The notes: generated by a model not told the origin, from the sequence alone. DNA of 64,000 bases from Chloroflexota bacterium (GCA_965220175.1 OZ244814.1:2439045-2503044); one strand, 5' to 3'. Shown: positions 48,477-59,425, counted from the stretch's first letter. Translations and numbers: made by a program.

Positions 48477-49979
48477 GTGGAGTCAATACCCATTCTCTCG
48501 CTCATTCTCTGGTTGCCGCTGGTCGCAGCCGCAATCGTGCTCTTCCTGCCGGAGCGCCGCGCCATGTTCGCGGTGGCGCTGGCGGGAACTGTGCTGTCGC
48601 TTGTGCTGAGTGTGGTTGTGTGGCTGAGCTTCGAATCCGGTGGCGGCATGCAGTTTCAAGAGAGCTTTGACTGGCTGCCGTCGCTTGGGATCAAGTACGC
48701 CCTTGGGGTGGACGGCATCAGCCTTTTGATGGTGCTCCTGAATACGTTCCTCTTCTTCCTCTGCATCGTCTACGCGTGGGCATCCGTGCACGACCGGGTG
48801 AAAGAGTATCTCTTCACCATGCTCCTCTTGGAAGTGGGCATAACGGGTGTGTTCCTGGCGTTGGATTTTGTGCTCTTCTACGTGTTCTGGGAAATCATGC
48901 TCATCCCCATGTACGTGTTGATTGGCGTGTGGGGCGGCGAAAGGCGGGTCTACGCAACGGTCAAGTTCGTGCTCTATACGCTCTTCGGCAGCTTGCTCAT
49001 GCTGGTGGCGATCTTGGCGCTCTATTTCGTGCACGGCAATACCACAGGCATCTACACGTTTGACATTCTCGAGCTCACGCAGGGCACCTATGGCGAGCGG
49101 TTCCAGCTTTGGGCCTTCCTGGCATTTTTCTTGGCCTTTGCGATCAAAGTACCCATGATACCCTTCCACACCTGGCTGCCGGACGCGCACGTGGAGGCGC
49201 CGACAACCGGCAGCGTCATCCTGGCGGGCATCCTGCTCAAGATGGGCGGGTACGGCTTCATTCGCTTCAGCCTGCCGCTGTTTCCCGATGCGAGCCAACT
49301 GGCGCAGACGGCAATCCTTGTCCTCTCGGTCATAGCGATTCTCTATGGCGCACTGGTCGCCCTCATGCAGACTGACCTGAAGAAGCTCATCGCCTATTCA
49401 TCAGTCAGCCACATGGGATTCGTAACGCTGGGCATCTTCTCATTTACGCAACAAGGACTCGACGGGGCCATGATGCAAATGTTCAGCCACGGACTGGTTA
49501 CGGGCGCCTTGTTCCTCTGTGTAGGACAGCTTTACGAGCGCACCCATGACCGGCTGATAGCAAACCTGGGCGGACTGGCCCACCGTTGGCCGGTATATGC
49601 GACTCTCCTGCTGTTCTTCTCGCTCGCCTCAATCGGCTTGCCGGGATTGTCGGGATTTGTCGGCGAATTCATGGTGTTGCTCGGCGCTTTCATGACCGGC
49701 ACGCGCATCTTCGGCGTGCTGGCCGTGCTTGGCATCATACTTTCCGCCGCGTACATGCTGTGGATGTACTGGCGGGTCATGCTTGGCTCCCTGAAAGAGG
49801 CTCACAGCCGCCTTGAGGATCTCACCAGGCTGGAGACTGCGGTGCTCGTGGCCTTGGCGGTTGTAGTCGTATGGGCCGGTGTGCAGCCACAACTATTTGT
49901 TGGACTTTTCACCGCCGACACCGGCCAAATCATGCAATCACTTGCGGATTCCGGAGTTACGAGCGCACTGATTCGTTGA
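48477..49979 (+). CDS. nuoM: NADH-quinone oxidoreductase subunit M
   Basis: GTG start 11 nt after the nuoL stop (ORF track open from 48351 in frame). Motifs FHTWLPDAHVEAPT and SHMG. Confidence 0.9.
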   Translation: MESIPILSLILWLPLVAAAIVLFLPERRAMFAVALAGTVLSLVLSVVVWLSFESGGGMQFQESFDWLPSLGIKYALGVDGISLLMVLLNTFLFFLCIVYAWASVHDRVKEYLFTMLLLEVGITGVFLALDFVLFYVFWEIMLIPMYVLIGVWGGERRVYATVKFVLYTLFGSLLMLVAILALYFVHGNTTGIYTFDILELTQGTYGERFQLWAFLAFFLAFAIKVPMIPFHTWLPDAHVEAPTTGSVILAGILLKMGGYGFIRFSLPLFPDASQLAQTAILVLSVIAILYGALVALMQTDLKKLIAYSSVSHMGFVTLGIFSFTQQGLDGAMMQMFSHGLVTGALFLCVGQLYERTHDRLIANLGGLAHRWPVYATLLLFFSLASIGLPGLSGFVGEFMVLLGAFMTGTRIFGVLAVLGIILSAAYMLWMYWRVMLGSLKEAHSRLEDLTRLETAVLVALAVVVVWAGVQPQLFVGLFTADTGQIMQSLADSGVTSALIR

Positions 49980-50014
49980 CCCTTAGCACTTGGTAGGCAC
50001 GTAAGGAACGGCCC

Positions 50015-51490
50015 GTGCAAACTGAAGACCTTCTGAGCATACTGCCTGAAATCATCATCACGCTGGTGGGAGCCGCCGTCCTGATGGTTGACGCCTTTGG
50101 CGGCCGGCGGACCCATCGTGGACTGCTGGGCTTGATCGTGGCTGGCAGCGTGGTTGTCATCCTCGCCAGCATAGTCTTGCGCGCCGACGGCGGTACGGCC
50201 TTTGGCGGTATGGTGCTGACCGACGGCTATGCCGTCTTCTTCAAAGTGCTCTTCATCGCTGTTGCCGCCCTCAGCATTGTGCTGGCGTTTGCCCAATCGC
50301 GAGATGTGCCTTTCGCTGAACTCTCGGCACTCATTCTGTTTGCCACGGTTGGCATGCTCCTGCTTGGAGCGACAGGCGACCTCATCACGCTCTATCTCGG
50401 CGTGGAACTGACTTCTATTCCCGTATACGTGCTGGTGGCGATCAAGCGCGATCGTTTTCGTGCGACGGAAGGCGCTCTCAAGTATTTCCTGCTTGGCGCG
50501 TTTGCCTCCGGCGTCTTGCTGTACGGCATTGCCTGGCTCTTTGGGCTCACCGGCACGACAAACTTGGCTGACATTTCAATCTATGTGCAGAGCCAAGGCG
50601 CGGACAATCCGTGGTTCTTACTGGGTCTCGGCCTTCTTCTGGTCGGCCTGGCATTCAAAGTTGCGGCGGTGCCGTTTCACATGTGGACGCCGGACGCGTA
50701 CCAAGGAGCGCCCACCCCATCCACGGCCTTCCTGGCGGCCGGAGCTAAGATTGGTGCCATGGCGGCCCTTCTGCGCGTGGTCGTGCACGGTCTGGAGCCG
50801 TGGCAAGACATGGTATTGCCTATCGTCATAGCCATTGCGGTAGCCAGCATGATCGTCGGCAACTTTGTCGCCATTTGGCAGCGAGATGTGAAGCGCCTGC
50901 TGGCATATTCGTCTATCGCACACACCGGCTATATGCTGGTGGGCATCGCGGTCGTGCACGCACAGTCGGAAGCCGGCGGTCTCATGCGCGACGCGGTGGC
51001 GGCGGTGATGTTCTACGCCGTAGTTTATGCCTTAATGACGCTCGGCGCCTTTGCCGTGACGTTCGCGGTGGAGCGCCGGACCGACGGCACGGACTTGGAG
51101 AACTTCCAAAACCTGGGGCGCAGTTCGCCTCTGATGGCTGTAGCCATGGCGATCTTCATGATTTCGCTCACCGGCATCCCGCCGGCCGCGGGCTTTTTCG
51201 GAAAGCTCTACCTGTTGCAGGTGGCCGTCAACGGCGGCCTGACGTGGGTAGCAGTCGTCTTGGTGCTTACAAGCACGGTGTCGGCATACTACTACCTGCG
51301 CGTAGTCGTTAACATGTACATGGTAGACATTCAGCCGCGCCTGCTGCCTGTTCCCGCATCCACGGCTATTGGCGCAGTGGTTGCCATCGGCATGATCGGC
51401 ACCCTGGTGCTTGGCATCTATCCCGCCGGGGCCGTTGAATGGGCGCAAGCCGCCTTCGAAGAGGCCGGCAAACTAGCAATCACCCCCTAG
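50015..51490 (+). CDS. nuoN: NADH-quinone oxidoreductase subunit N
   Basis: 491 aa with motifs FHMWTPDAYQGAP and YSSIAHTGYM. Confidence 0.9.
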   Translation: MQTEDLLSILPEIIITLVGAAVLMVDAFGGRRTHRGLLGLIVAGSVVVILASIVLRADGGTAFGGMVLTDGYAVFFKVLFIAVAALSIVLAFAQSRDVPFAELSALILFATVGMLLLGATGDLITLYLGVELTSIPVYVLVAIKRDRFRATEGALKYFLLGAFASGVLLYGIAWLFGLTGTTNLADISIYVQSQGADNPWFLLGLGLLLVGLAFKVAAVPFHMWTPDAYQGAPTPSTAFLAAGAKIGAMAALLRVVVHGLEPWQDMVLPIVIAIAVASMIVGNFVAIWQRDVKRLLAYSSIAHTGYMLVGIAVVHAQSEAGGLMRDAVAAVMFYAVVYALMTLGAFAVTFAVERRTDGTDLENFQNLGRSSPLMAVAMAIFMISLTGIPPAAGFFGKLYLLQVAVNGGLTWVAVVLVLTSTVSAYYYLRVVVNMYMVDIQPRLLPVPASTAIGAVVAIGMIGTLVLGIYPAGAVEWAQAAFEEAGKLAITP

Positions 51491-51581
51491 TTCCCCAGTC
51501 CCTGTCTGTTCGGCCCTGTTGACCACCTGCCTCCCAGCCTGCGGTTTGGCGGCTAGGGTCTGGTATCATAGAGGAGCACAG

Positions 51582-51656
51582 GCCCCCATAGCTCAGTGGA
51601 TAGAGCACTGGCCTCCGGAGCCAGGAGCGGGCGTTCGAGTCGCCCTGGGGGTACCA
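51582..51656 (+). tRNA. tRNA-Arg (anticodon CCG)
   Basis: Cloverleaf read by eye: acceptor GCCCCCA/TGGGGGT, D-arm GCTCAGTGGATAGAGC, anticodon stem CTGGC/GCCAG with loop CTCCGGA, T-arm GGGCGTTCGAGTCGCCC, and an encoded CCA. Confidence 0.8.
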
Positions 51657-51766
51657 CGGATTGTCTGCAAACTATCGAAGGATTGCGGCGGCCCATCTTC
51701 GCCTGAATAGTTGCCAGTCTTCTTGACGCCAAGAATGCATGCGTCTACTGGACATCAGGAAACACC

Positions 51767-52411
51767 ATGGTGAAGGCTACCGTACCCGGGCAAATCATCA
51801 TCTTGAATGGAACGCCGCGGGCAGGCAAGTCTTCCATCGCCAAAGAAATCTTGGACACCTTCGCCGGCGTGTGGATCAACCTTGGCGTCGACGGCATTAA
51901 GCGATTGACTTCGCAGCGCTACAGTCCAGGCATTGGATTGCGCCCCGGCGGAGAGTTGTCGGATACTATAGAGCCCCTCGTTCCCGTGTTGTATGCGGCT
52001 ATGTACGAGTCGATTGCGGCCCACAGCCGGCTGGGCATAAACGTCGTTGTGGACGTCGGACATCACGACGCCTACTCCGTGCCACGAGGGATCCTCTTCG
52101 ACAGCGCGCGACGCTTGCGTGATCTCCTAGTCCTGTTCGTGGGAGTTCGTTGCCCGATTGAGGTCATTGTCGAGCGACGACAAAAGACTTGGGATCCCAA
52201 TCGCGGGCCTGACGAGCACATCCTCCGCTGGCAGCGTGAAGTACACTCGCCCGGAATTTATGATCTTGAGGTTGACACGTCACAACTCACTCCTCTGGAC
52301 TGTGCCGACGCCATTCGACAACGCCTCGAGAGCGGCCCTGAATCTACGGCATTCAAACGACTCGCCGAGATGAACCTGAAGCAGGGCGGGAGAGCCGGCG
52401 AGGCGCCATAG
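51767..52411 (+). CDS. Chloramphenicol-phosphotransferase-like (CPT) P-loop kinase family protein
   Basis: The N-terminus [31 protein letters not shown] closely parallels the CPT signature MIILNGGSSAGKS...WLAFGVD. 214 aa. Confidence 0.7.
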   Translation: MVKATVPGQIIILNGTPRAGKSSIAKEILDTFAGVWINLGVDGIKRLTSQRYSPGIGLRPGGELSDTIEPLVPVLYAAMYESIAAHSRLGINVVVDVGHHDAYSVPRGILFDSARRLRDLLVLFVGVRCPIEVIVERRQKTWDPNRGPDEHILRWQREVHSPGIYDLEVDTSQLTPLDCADAIRQRLESGPESTAFKRLAEMNLKQGGRAGEAP

Positions 52412-52422
52412 TTGCTTTTCGG

Positions 52423-53190
52423 TTGCGGGGCGCTTCGTGTTGGATCCCGATTTTCTTCCCTGGCACTTTGGCCACAATAAATGAACAAGGGCACAATCCA
52501 ATAGTTACAGTTTCCGGCATAAGCAAGTCATATCGCGATCTAGGCGAGCGGCGCGCCGTTCTGCGCGACATCAACCTGGAGGTTAGCCGGGGTGAGTTTG
52601 TTGCCATTCTGGGCAGCAGCGGCAGCGGCAAGACAACGCTGCTCAATCTCATCGGCGGCATTGATACCCCGGACTCCGGATCAATTACCATTGACGGCAA
52701 CGATTTGACGAGTCTCAGCGACTCGGCCCGCACCCGCTTTCGCCGCCGCCACGTCGGCATGGTTTTTCAGCTATTCAACCTGATTCCCACGCTCACGGTC
52801 TGGGAGAACATCCTGTTGCCCGCGGAGCTTGAAGGCAGTGTGGACACCAACCGCAGAGACTACGCGGAGTCACTGCTCGAGCGCGTGGGCCTTGGCGATC
52901 GCAAGGACACGTTTCCGGAGAAGCTCAGCGGCGGGGAGCAGCAGCGGGTAGCCATCGCGCGGGCGCTGGCCCATGAGCCGCTCGTCGTGCTGGCAGACGA
53001 ACCCACCGGCAACCTGGATGCCCAGAACAGCGCGCGCGTGCTCTCAATTCTTCTTACCCTAACGCATGAGGCTGGGCGCACGCTCTTCATGGCGACCCAT
53101 GACCACGAGATCGCGCGACAGGCGTCGCGCATTTGTCGTCTACGCAATGGCGCGCTGTCGATGCAGCCAGCCCCCGCGGGCGTCACTTGA
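52423..53190 (+). CDS. ABC-transporter ATP-binding protein (MacB/LolD/FtsE type); the true start is probably downstream of the annotated TTG
   Basis: Walker [10 protein letters not shown], signature [15 protein letters not shown], Walker [14 protein letters not shown], and H-loop ATHD. Confidence 0.9.
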   Translation: MRGASCWIPIFFPGTLATINEQGHNPIVTVSGISKSYRDLGERRAVLRDINLEVSRGEFVAILGSSGSGKTTLLNLIGGIDTPDSGSITIDGNDLTSLSDSARTRFRRRHVGMVFQLFNLIPTLTVWENILLPAELEGSVDTNRRDYAESLLERVGLGDRKDTFPEKLSGGEQQRVAIARALAHEPLVVLADEPTGNLDAQNSARVLSILLTLTHEAGRTLFMATHDHEIARQASRICRLRNGALSMQPAPAGVT

Positions 53191-53193
53191 TTC

Positions 53194-55761
53194 ATGACCG
53201 GCGCCGTCGTCAGTCGCCTTGCCCTTCGCGCGCTGCAGCGGCGCGTTCTGCAAAGCGTACTCTTCGTCGTTAGCATTCTGGCCGGCGTCGCGTTAGTCGT
53301 AGGCGTGGACGTAGCGGCGGATTCGGCACGGCGTGCTTTCTCCCTGAGCCTTGCAAGCCTGCAAGGCAATGCGACCCATGAAATCGTGAGCGGCCCCAGT
53401 GGGGTCCCTTCCTCGCTGTATCGCAGCTTACGCGTTGATCTCGGAGTGCGCACTGCCGCGCCGGTAATCCAGGGCACCGTCCGTGTCGGCAGCGACGACA
53501 TCGCGCTAACGCTGCAGGGCATTGATCCCTTCGCCGAGGCGCAGATGCGCATGTACCTCGCCGGCGTTGCGGGTCCCCCGGCTAGAGGCGGACAGGCTCA
53601 GTCGCTGCTTAGACTCCTTGCGGATCCTGACACAGTTTTGATAGCGCGGTCCCTTGCCAACCGGCTTGGCCTGGAACCCGGAGATCAGTTCGTCCTGCGC
53701 GCGGCGCGCCTGCAGCGAACCGTCACGTTCGTAGGCACGATCGAACCCTGGAATGACGTGAGCGCCCAGGCGCTTGCCTCTCTCATTGTCGCGGACATTA
53801 GCACGGCGCAGGAGGTCGTAGGCAGTCCGGGCGTGCTGACACGCATTGACCTCATCCTTACAGACCCCCAAGAGGCTGCCCAAATCCGGGCGTTCTTACC
53901 TCCCGGCATAGTCTTGAGACCGGTCGAGAGCAGCCGGAGCAATTTGGAACAACTGAGCAACAGCTTCACGCTCAATTTGCAGGCGCTCAGTCTGCTCGCG
54001 CTGGTGGTCGGCGTTTTTCTTGTTTACAACATTATGTCATTTAGTGTTGTACAGCGGCGCAATCAGATCGGCATGCTGCGCGCAATTGGCGCCACGCGCC
54101 GCCAAGTCTTCGCCGGTATCATCTTGGAGGCGGTCGTTCTTGGCATGGCTGGCACACTGCTCGGCTTGGCGGCGGGCTACGTACTTGGAGGCTTTCTGGT
54201 AGAGGCGGTAACCAGGACCATCACCGATCTCTACTATCGGGTTGAAGTCCAAACGCTAACGCTTTCCTCCTTTGCCGTAGCCAAGGGAGTGGTTACAGGG
54301 CTGGTTGCCAGCGTTGGAGCCGCCCTCATTCCCGCGCTGAACGCAACCCGCATTACACCCGCCAGCGCTTTGCGTAGCGCCGATGCCGAGCAGGCGGCGC
54401 AAACGCGAGCCGACCTGGCTGCTGTCGCCGGCATCATTCTTATGGCTTGCGGCCTGGTCTTGACACAGTTTCAAGCGCAGAGCCTCGTTTTCGGTTTTGG
54501 CGCCCTCTTCTTGGTGCTGATGGGAAGCGTGCTCATTACGCCTATCGCGTTGTCTCTTGCCATGCGCGGCGCGCGGCCTCTCCTCGCTCGCGCGATCGGC
54601 ACACTCGGCAACATCGCACCGCGGTCGATTGATCGCTCGCTGAGCCGGTCCGGCGTGGCGGTAGCGGCCCTTTCGCTCTCAGTCAGTGTGATTGTGGGCG
54701 TGAGTGTAATGATCGCGAGTTTCAGAGGCACGGTCACAACGTGGGTTGATGGCGCATTAACCGCGGATGTCTTCATCTCTGCGCCGGCAAGCGGCCTGCT
54801 GGAAACGGTCAATCTTGATTCAACACTGGCAGAGCAACTGCAGAGTCTGCCGGGCGTCGCGCAGGTACTCACGGCCCGCGACGTGCCCGTGCTGGCGCCT
54901 GACTATCCCAATCTGCCACCGGTCAATCTTGTCGCCGTGAGTGCGGACCTGGCGGAACGCGCTCGCCGCTATGTCTGGCTCTCCGTTCCCGAGGAGGAAG
55001 TGTGGGACGCCATGCAGAATGGCGCAATCGTCGTAACGGAGTCTTTCGCCTACCGCCGCCGTATTAGTCCGGATTCGAGTGCGCTCACCCTACTCACCGA
55101 TAGCGGACCGCGAAGCTTTCCCATCGCTGGTGTCTACCATCACTATGGCACCGATCAAGGCATTGTGCTCATGGCGGATATAGTTTACCGGAGACACTTC
55201 GCCGACCCGTGGGTCTCATCCTTCGCTCTTTTCCTCACGCCCGAGGCGCAGAGCGCAAGCGTAGTCGAAAGTGTGCGCCGGCTTGCCTACGCCCGAGGAC
55301 TCAACGTGCAAAGCACCGGCGAACTGCGTAAGCAAGTGTTCACGATTTTCGACCGCGCCTTTAACATCACCGCGGCTCTGCGCAGTCTGGCTGCCATCGT
55401 TGCCTTCATCGGTGTCCTGAGCGCACTCATGGCTTTACAGCTCGATCAGAAGCGCACCCTGGGCACAATGCGGGCCCTCGGCCTCACCGCAGGCCAGCTC
55501 TGGCGGCTAACGTTGCTGGAAACTGGTCTCATGGGCCTTGCTGCCGGTCTCTTTGCGTTGCCAATAGGCCTGCTGCTCGCCAAGATGCTCATCGATGTGA
55601 TAAACGTACGCGCTTTCGGGTGGACGTTCGCCTTTCTCGTGCCCCCAAGATCTCTGCTGCAAGCGGTGCTCATCGCCATAGCGGCCGCATTGCTGGCAGG
55701 AGCGTACCCGGCATGGCGCGTTGCTCATCTCGCCCCGGCTGAGGCCATTCGCAATGAATAG
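53194..55761 (+). CDS. ABC-transporter permease with two FtsX domains (MacB/AttFG-like, about 8-10 TM)
   Basis: 855 aa with two repeated FtsX-type four-TM modules, each preceded by a large extracytoplasmic loop. It starts 4 nt after the ATPase stop. Confidence 0.85.
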   Translation: MTGAVVSRLALRALQRRVLQSVLFVVSILAGVALVVGVDVAADSARRAFSLSLASLQGNATHEIVSGPSGVPSSLYRSLRVDLGVRTAAPVIQGTVRVGSDDIALTLQGIDPFAEAQMRMYLAGVAGPPARGGQAQSLLRLLADPDTVLIARSLANRLGLEPGDQFVLRAARLQRTVTFVGTIEPWNDVSAQALASLIVADISTAQEVVGSPGVLTRIDLILTDPQEAAQIRAFLPPGIVLRPVESSRSNLEQLSNSFTLNLQALSLLALVVGVFLVYNIMSFSVVQRRNQIGMLRAIGATRRQVFAGIILEAVVLGMAGTLLGLAAGYVLGGFLVEAVTRTITDLYYRVEVQTLTLSSFAVAKGVVTGLVASVGAALIPALNATRITPASALRSADAEQAAQTRADLAAVAGIILMACGLVLTQFQAQSLVFGFGALFLVLMGSVLITPIALSLAMRGARPLLARAIGTLGNIAPRSIDRSLSRSGVAVAALSLSVSVIVGVSVMIASFRGTVTTWVDGALTADVFISAPASGLLETVNLDSTLAEQLQSLPGVAQVLTARDVPVLAPDYPNLPPVNLVAVSADLAERARRYVWLSVPEEEVWDAMQNGAIVVTESFAYRRRISPDSSALTLLTDSGPRSFPIAGVYHHYGTDQGIVLMADIVYRRHFADPWVSSFALFLTPEAQSASVVESVRRLAYARGLNVQSTGELRKQVFTIFDRAFNITAALRSLAAIVAFIGVLSALMALQLDQKRTLGTMRALGLTAGQLWRLTLLETGLMGLAAGLFALPIGLLLAKMLIDVINVRAFGWTFAFLVPPRSLLQAVLIAIAAALLAGAYPAWRVAHLAPAEAIRNE

Positions 55762-56929
55762 AACTTATGTCAATTACAAGCTACTCGTATCCGGACTGCT
55801 TGTGTTCACGGTCGCGCTCCTGGTATTCGGAGTCGCGCGGCTTTCAGCGCGTCCGGCGGAACCGATCGGCGCGGCAACCGTGATAGTTCCGTGGGAATCC
55901 GATGCTAACGCCTTTGCGCGCGCCGCAGGGCCCTGGGAGTGGGAGTTTCCCCGAGACCATGGGCCGCATCCCGCCTTTCAAACAGAATGGTGGTATTACA
56001 CGGGCAACCTGACGACATCAGAGGGACGGCGCTTCGGCTACCAGTTCACGATATTCCGCCGCGCCTTGACCCCTGAAATGCGCGACTCGTCATCGGAATG
56101 GTACACGAATCAAGTGTACTTAGCTCACTTTACGGTAAGTGACATTGAGAGTGAAGCATTCTATCAGGACGAGCGGTTTGGCCGGGGCGCCGTCGGCCTC
56201 GCCGGAGCGGTGGTGTCACCACGCTTGCGCGTCTGGATCGAGGATTGGACGGTGCTTGCCGTGGATGACTCCGTGTCGCAATTGGTAATTCACGCACAAG
56301 CAGACGACTTTGCCATTGATCTTGTGCTGAATCCGGTAAAGTCGCCTGCGTTGCATGGCAATGACGGTCTGAGCCAAAAGGGGCCTGAGTCCGGCAATGC
56401 CAGCTACTACTATTCGCTGACCCGTCTCGAAACGCGGGGCAAAATTGCAATTGACGGCGAGGAGTTTGCAGTAAACGGCCTCAGTTGGATGGACCGTGAG
56501 TTTGGTTCCAGCGCCCTCAGCGCTGAAGCCGTAGGCTGGGACTGGTTTGCTATCCACCTCGACGACGGCCGGGACATCATGGTGGGGCAGATTCGCCGCC
56601 AGGACGGCAGTCTCGAACCGCTATTCGGCGGGCTGTTGGTCTCCCCGGAAGGAATGACTCGCTACCTCTCAGCGGAAGAGTTCACCATTACGCCGCTTGG
56701 CAGTTGGCACAGCGAGAACAGCGGCGCTACGTATCCCGCGGGGTGGGAGATCGTCCTGGAATTGGGAGAAACATCGCTCCGCCTTGCGTTGGAGCCGTTG
56801 CTCGCGGATCAAGAGGTCCTGGCAAATGTGACCTACTGGGAAGGCGCCGTGCGCGTCGGTGGGGACGCTCAAGGCTACGGCTACGCGGAACTCACCGGCT
56901 ACGCCCAACCTTTGAGGGGTCTAATCTAG
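55754..56929 (+). CDS. AttH/CrtC-family lipocalin-like protein (hydroxyneurosporene-synthase-like domain) with N-terminal signal anchor
   Basis: Motifs FPRDHGPHPAFQTEWWYYTGNL and GRRFGYQFTIFR are typical of AttH-like proteins. The start overlaps the permease stop by 8 nt (ORF open from 55721). Confidence 0.7.
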   Translation: MNRTYVNYKLLVSGLLVFTVALLVFGVARLSARPAEPIGAATVIVPWESDANAFARAAGPWEWEFPRDHGPHPAFQTEWWYYTGNLTTSEGRRFGYQFTIFRRALTPEMRDSSSEWYTNQVYLAHFTVSDIESEAFYQDERFGRGAVGLAGAVVSPRLRVWIEDWTVLAVDDSVSQLVIHAQADDFAIDLVLNPVKSPALHGNDGLSQKGPESGNASYYYSLTRLETRGKIAIDGEEFAVNGLSWMDREFGSSALSAEAVGWDWFAIHLDDGRDIMVGQIRRQDGSLEPLFGGLLVSPEGMTRYLSAEEFTITPLGSWHSENSGATYPAGWEIVLELGETSLRLALEPLLADQEVLANVTYWEGAVRVGGDAQGYGYAELTGYAQPLRGLI

Positions 56930-58362
56930 CCGGAATCCGACGCGGGTTCCACAGGGTCACTTGCATCCGCGCGTTCTCTCTGCCGTAGGTCGTCGGCTGC
57001 GGCCATCCGCTCTTGCAGAGTTCGTTCAAACCCCTCCAAACCCGGCACGAAGAAGCGCTGGCCCTTGAGGGAATCCGGCAGGTACTCTTCCTCCACCCAA
57101 TTCCCCGCAAACGAGTGCGGATACTTGTAGTCTTTGCCGTGTCCGAATGCCGCCATTAATCCCGTTGGCGCATTACGCAGGTGGAGCGGTACGCTGATGT
57201 TTCCGGTTTCCTGAACTGCTTCACGCGCCGCGGCGTAGGCGCGCAACGCCGAGTTGCTCTTGGGCGCTGTAGCGAGATAGAGCGTCGCCTGAGTGAGCGG
57301 ATAGAGCCCTTCCGGCATGCCAATGAAGTGGACCGCCTGTTGAGCGGCAACGGCCACACTCAGCGCCTGGGGATCGGCTAGTCCGATGTCCTCCGAAGCG
57401 AGTATAACAATCCGGCGGGCGACAAAGAGCGGATCTTCGCCAGCCTCGAGCATGCGGGCGAGCCAATACACCGCCGCATGCGGGTCGCTGCCCCGTACAC
57501 TCTTGATGTAGGCCGAGATGAGATCGTAATGGAAGTCACCATGCTTGTCGTGGGGCAAGACCCTGCGCTGGAGGGCCTGCGCAATGTCGCTCTCCTGGAC
57601 GAGGCGCTGGCCGGCGTCGTCCGGCCGGACAAGCGTGACAGCGAGTTCCAACGCATTGAGCGCCACCCGGGCGTCGCCGTCTGCCATGCGCACGAGGTAC
57701 TCCAACGCCTCCGGCTGGACTGCCACCTGCTGCGTGCCAAGTCCGCGCGCCGTATCCTCCAGACTGCGCTCTACGAGAGCCATGATGGCATCGTTGCTGA
57801 GCGGTTCCAGTTTATACACACGGGTCCGGGAGAGGAGTGGCGCATTCACTTCAAAAGAAGGGTTTTCCGTGGTAGCCCCAATCAGCGTGACCGTGCCGTC
57901 CTCCACGTACGGCAGGATGGCATCCTGCTGGCTCTTGGAGAAGCGGTGAATCTCATCGATGAACAGGATAGTGCGCTGGCCGGTCAGTTCAAGACGCGCC
58001 TGCGACTCTTCCACAACTTTGCGCAGATCGGCAACGCCGGCGCTCACGGCGCTTAGGCTCGCGACTTTGGCTTTGGCGGTGCGGCCGATGATGGCAGCCA
58101 GTGAGGTCTTGCCCGACCCCGGCGGTCCCCACAGAATCATCGAGGGAATGCGGCCCACCGCTATTGCCTGCCGCAGCACACCCTGATCTCCAAGGAGATG
58201 GGGTTGCCCGACGTACTCCGCGAGTGTCTGCGGCCGCATACGCGTAGCCAGAGGCACGTCACCCGCCACCGAGTGAGAGTCTGCAGATGCGGGCTCCGCA
58301 ATGGGACTGGGACCGGAAAAGAGCGTGGGATGAGGGTCTTCTTCGAGCGACCTGCGCTTCAT
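56926..58362 (-). CDS. rarA: Replication-associated recombination protein A (RarA/MgsA AAA+ ATPase)
   Basis: Walker A GPPGSGKTS, Walker B ILFIDEIHR, plus the MgsA C-terminal domain. 478 aa. Confidence 0.9.
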   Translation of the reverse strand: MKRRSLEEDPHPTLFSGPSPIAEPASADSHSVAGDVPLATRMRPQTLAEYVGQPHLLGDQGVLRQAIAVGRIPSMILWGPPGSGKTSLAAIIGRTAKAKVASLSAVSAGVADLRKVVEESQARLELTGQRTILFIDEIHRFSKSQQDAILPYVEDGTVTLIGATTENPSFEVNAPLLSRTRVYKLEPLSNDAIMALVERSLEDTARGLGTQQVAVQPEALEYLVRMADGDARVALNALELAVTLVRPDDAGQRLVQESDIAQALQRRVLPHDKHGDFHYDLISAYIKSVRGSDPHAAVYWLARMLEAGEDPLFVARRIVILASEDIGLADPQALSVAVAAQQAVHFIGMPEGLYPLTQATLYLATAPKSNSALRAYAAAREAVQETGNISVPLHLRNAPTGLMAAFGHGKDYKYPHSFAGNWVEEEYLPDSLKGQRFFVPGLEGFERTLQERMAAADDLRQRERADASDPVEPASDSG

Positions 58363-58447
58363 CGCTGCTCACACTTTCCTCTGTTCATGCCGTTCTTGCA
58401 CCAAGCAAGGCATTCATGCGAAGGGGAGCGAGCGAACGGGAATACAC

Positions 58448-58948
58448 CTAAGCGACAAAGCGTTTCAAAACCGTCCGCAGAGCGTCTTCTTTCTGAAGGG
58501 GGATGTAAAGCTTCTGCTTTATGGGTCTTTCTCCCTTGCCCTCGAGAACGACCGCGCCGCCTTCAATCTCGTAGCGGCGGAAGTTCTCCCATTTGTGGGA
58601 CTGACCGTTGCTCAGCGAGTATCCTTCGGTGGTGAAGATGTACGCCATTGGCACAACCGCCGCGATGAGTATGGCCAGCATGATCATCAACTCAGTACCG
58701 GGCAGCATGAATGAGAACTGTATGCCTTCAACGGGAATCTGATTTATGAAAAGCAGCAGGAGAAGTGGTATTAGCGTGGGGCGAAAAACGAGGACTTTCT
58801 CGCGAATGCCGAGGCGAATCTTGCCGATTGGTGTTCCCGGCCGCTTCGGCGCAAAGGGCAGGTAAATGCGCAGAAACAGAAGGGCCAGCAGGAAACTGGC
58901 GAGTGACGTGCCGATTATCTGTGAGAGAGTTGTGCCTTGTTCAAACAT
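58448..58948 (-). CDS. Small membrane protein, possibly a bacterial PH-domain (bPH_2/DUF304-like) protein
   Basis: 166 aa with a two-TM hairpin near the N-terminus and a roughly 60-aa soluble C-terminus. The family assignment is tentative. Confidence 0.45.
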   Translation of the reverse strand: MFEQGTTLSQIIGTSLASFLLALLFLRIYLPFAPKRPGTPIGKIRLGIREKVLVFRPTLIPLLLLLFINQIPVEGIQFSFMLPGTELMIMLAILIAAVVPMAYIFTTEGYSLSNGQSHKWENFRRYEIEGGAVVLEGKGERPIKQKLYIPLQKEDALRTVLKRFVA

Positions 58949-59023
58949 AGTCTCTTGCGGGTGCGGAGTCTCTTCGTGGAGCAGTAGGAATCATCACATG
59001 AAAGTCGAGAAAGTGCGCGGCTA

Positions 59024-59425
59024 TCAGCGAAGAACGAACGTAAGCACAACCAGCACGACAACCATACCCAGAGACAGCAATCCGATCCGGGCCAAGTCGC
59101 TCCGCACGTGGTCAAGTTCCTGGACCGGCAATTCTACAAGCTGGGACCGCTTGCGTCGTGTGGGCCAGGATGCTTTCGGGCTGGCCGGCTGCGGTGGTGA
59201 CGATGTTGCGCCGGTGGATTCCCCAAGAGCGGCAACACGTGCTCCGGGAGTAGTCTCGCCCAACGCTGCGTCGACAGATGAGTCTTGTTCGCCAGTCGGC
59301 GATTCTACACCGGTCGCTCGCCGCTGGGAGGGCGCTTTGCCGTCCGCACGGACTCCACCGTTTGTAGTGCGCGGACGAGCCGTCCTGCGCCGCTGGCTGC
59401 TGGATCGACGTTTCTTTCGTGCCAT
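59024..59425 (-). CDS. Hypothetical tail-anchored protein (basic, Arg/Ser-rich N-terminus; single C-terminal TM helix)
   Basis: 133 aa. The C-terminal LLSLGMVVVLVVLTFVL is a clear TM helix. This could be a spurious high-GC ORF. Confidence 0.3.
   Translation of the reverse strand: MARKKRRSSSQRRRTARPRTTNGGVRADGKAPSQRRATGVESPTGEQDSSVDAALGETTPGARVAALGESTGATSSPPQPASPKASWPTRRKRSQLVELPVQELDHVRSDLARIGLLSLGMVVVLVVLTFVLR

Noticed and set aside
51491-51581. Promoter for the tRNA-Arg (TATCAT 11 nt upstream of the mature 5' end)
   Set aside because: The -10-like hexamer has no -35 partner at acceptable spacing. It is too weak to list as a feature.
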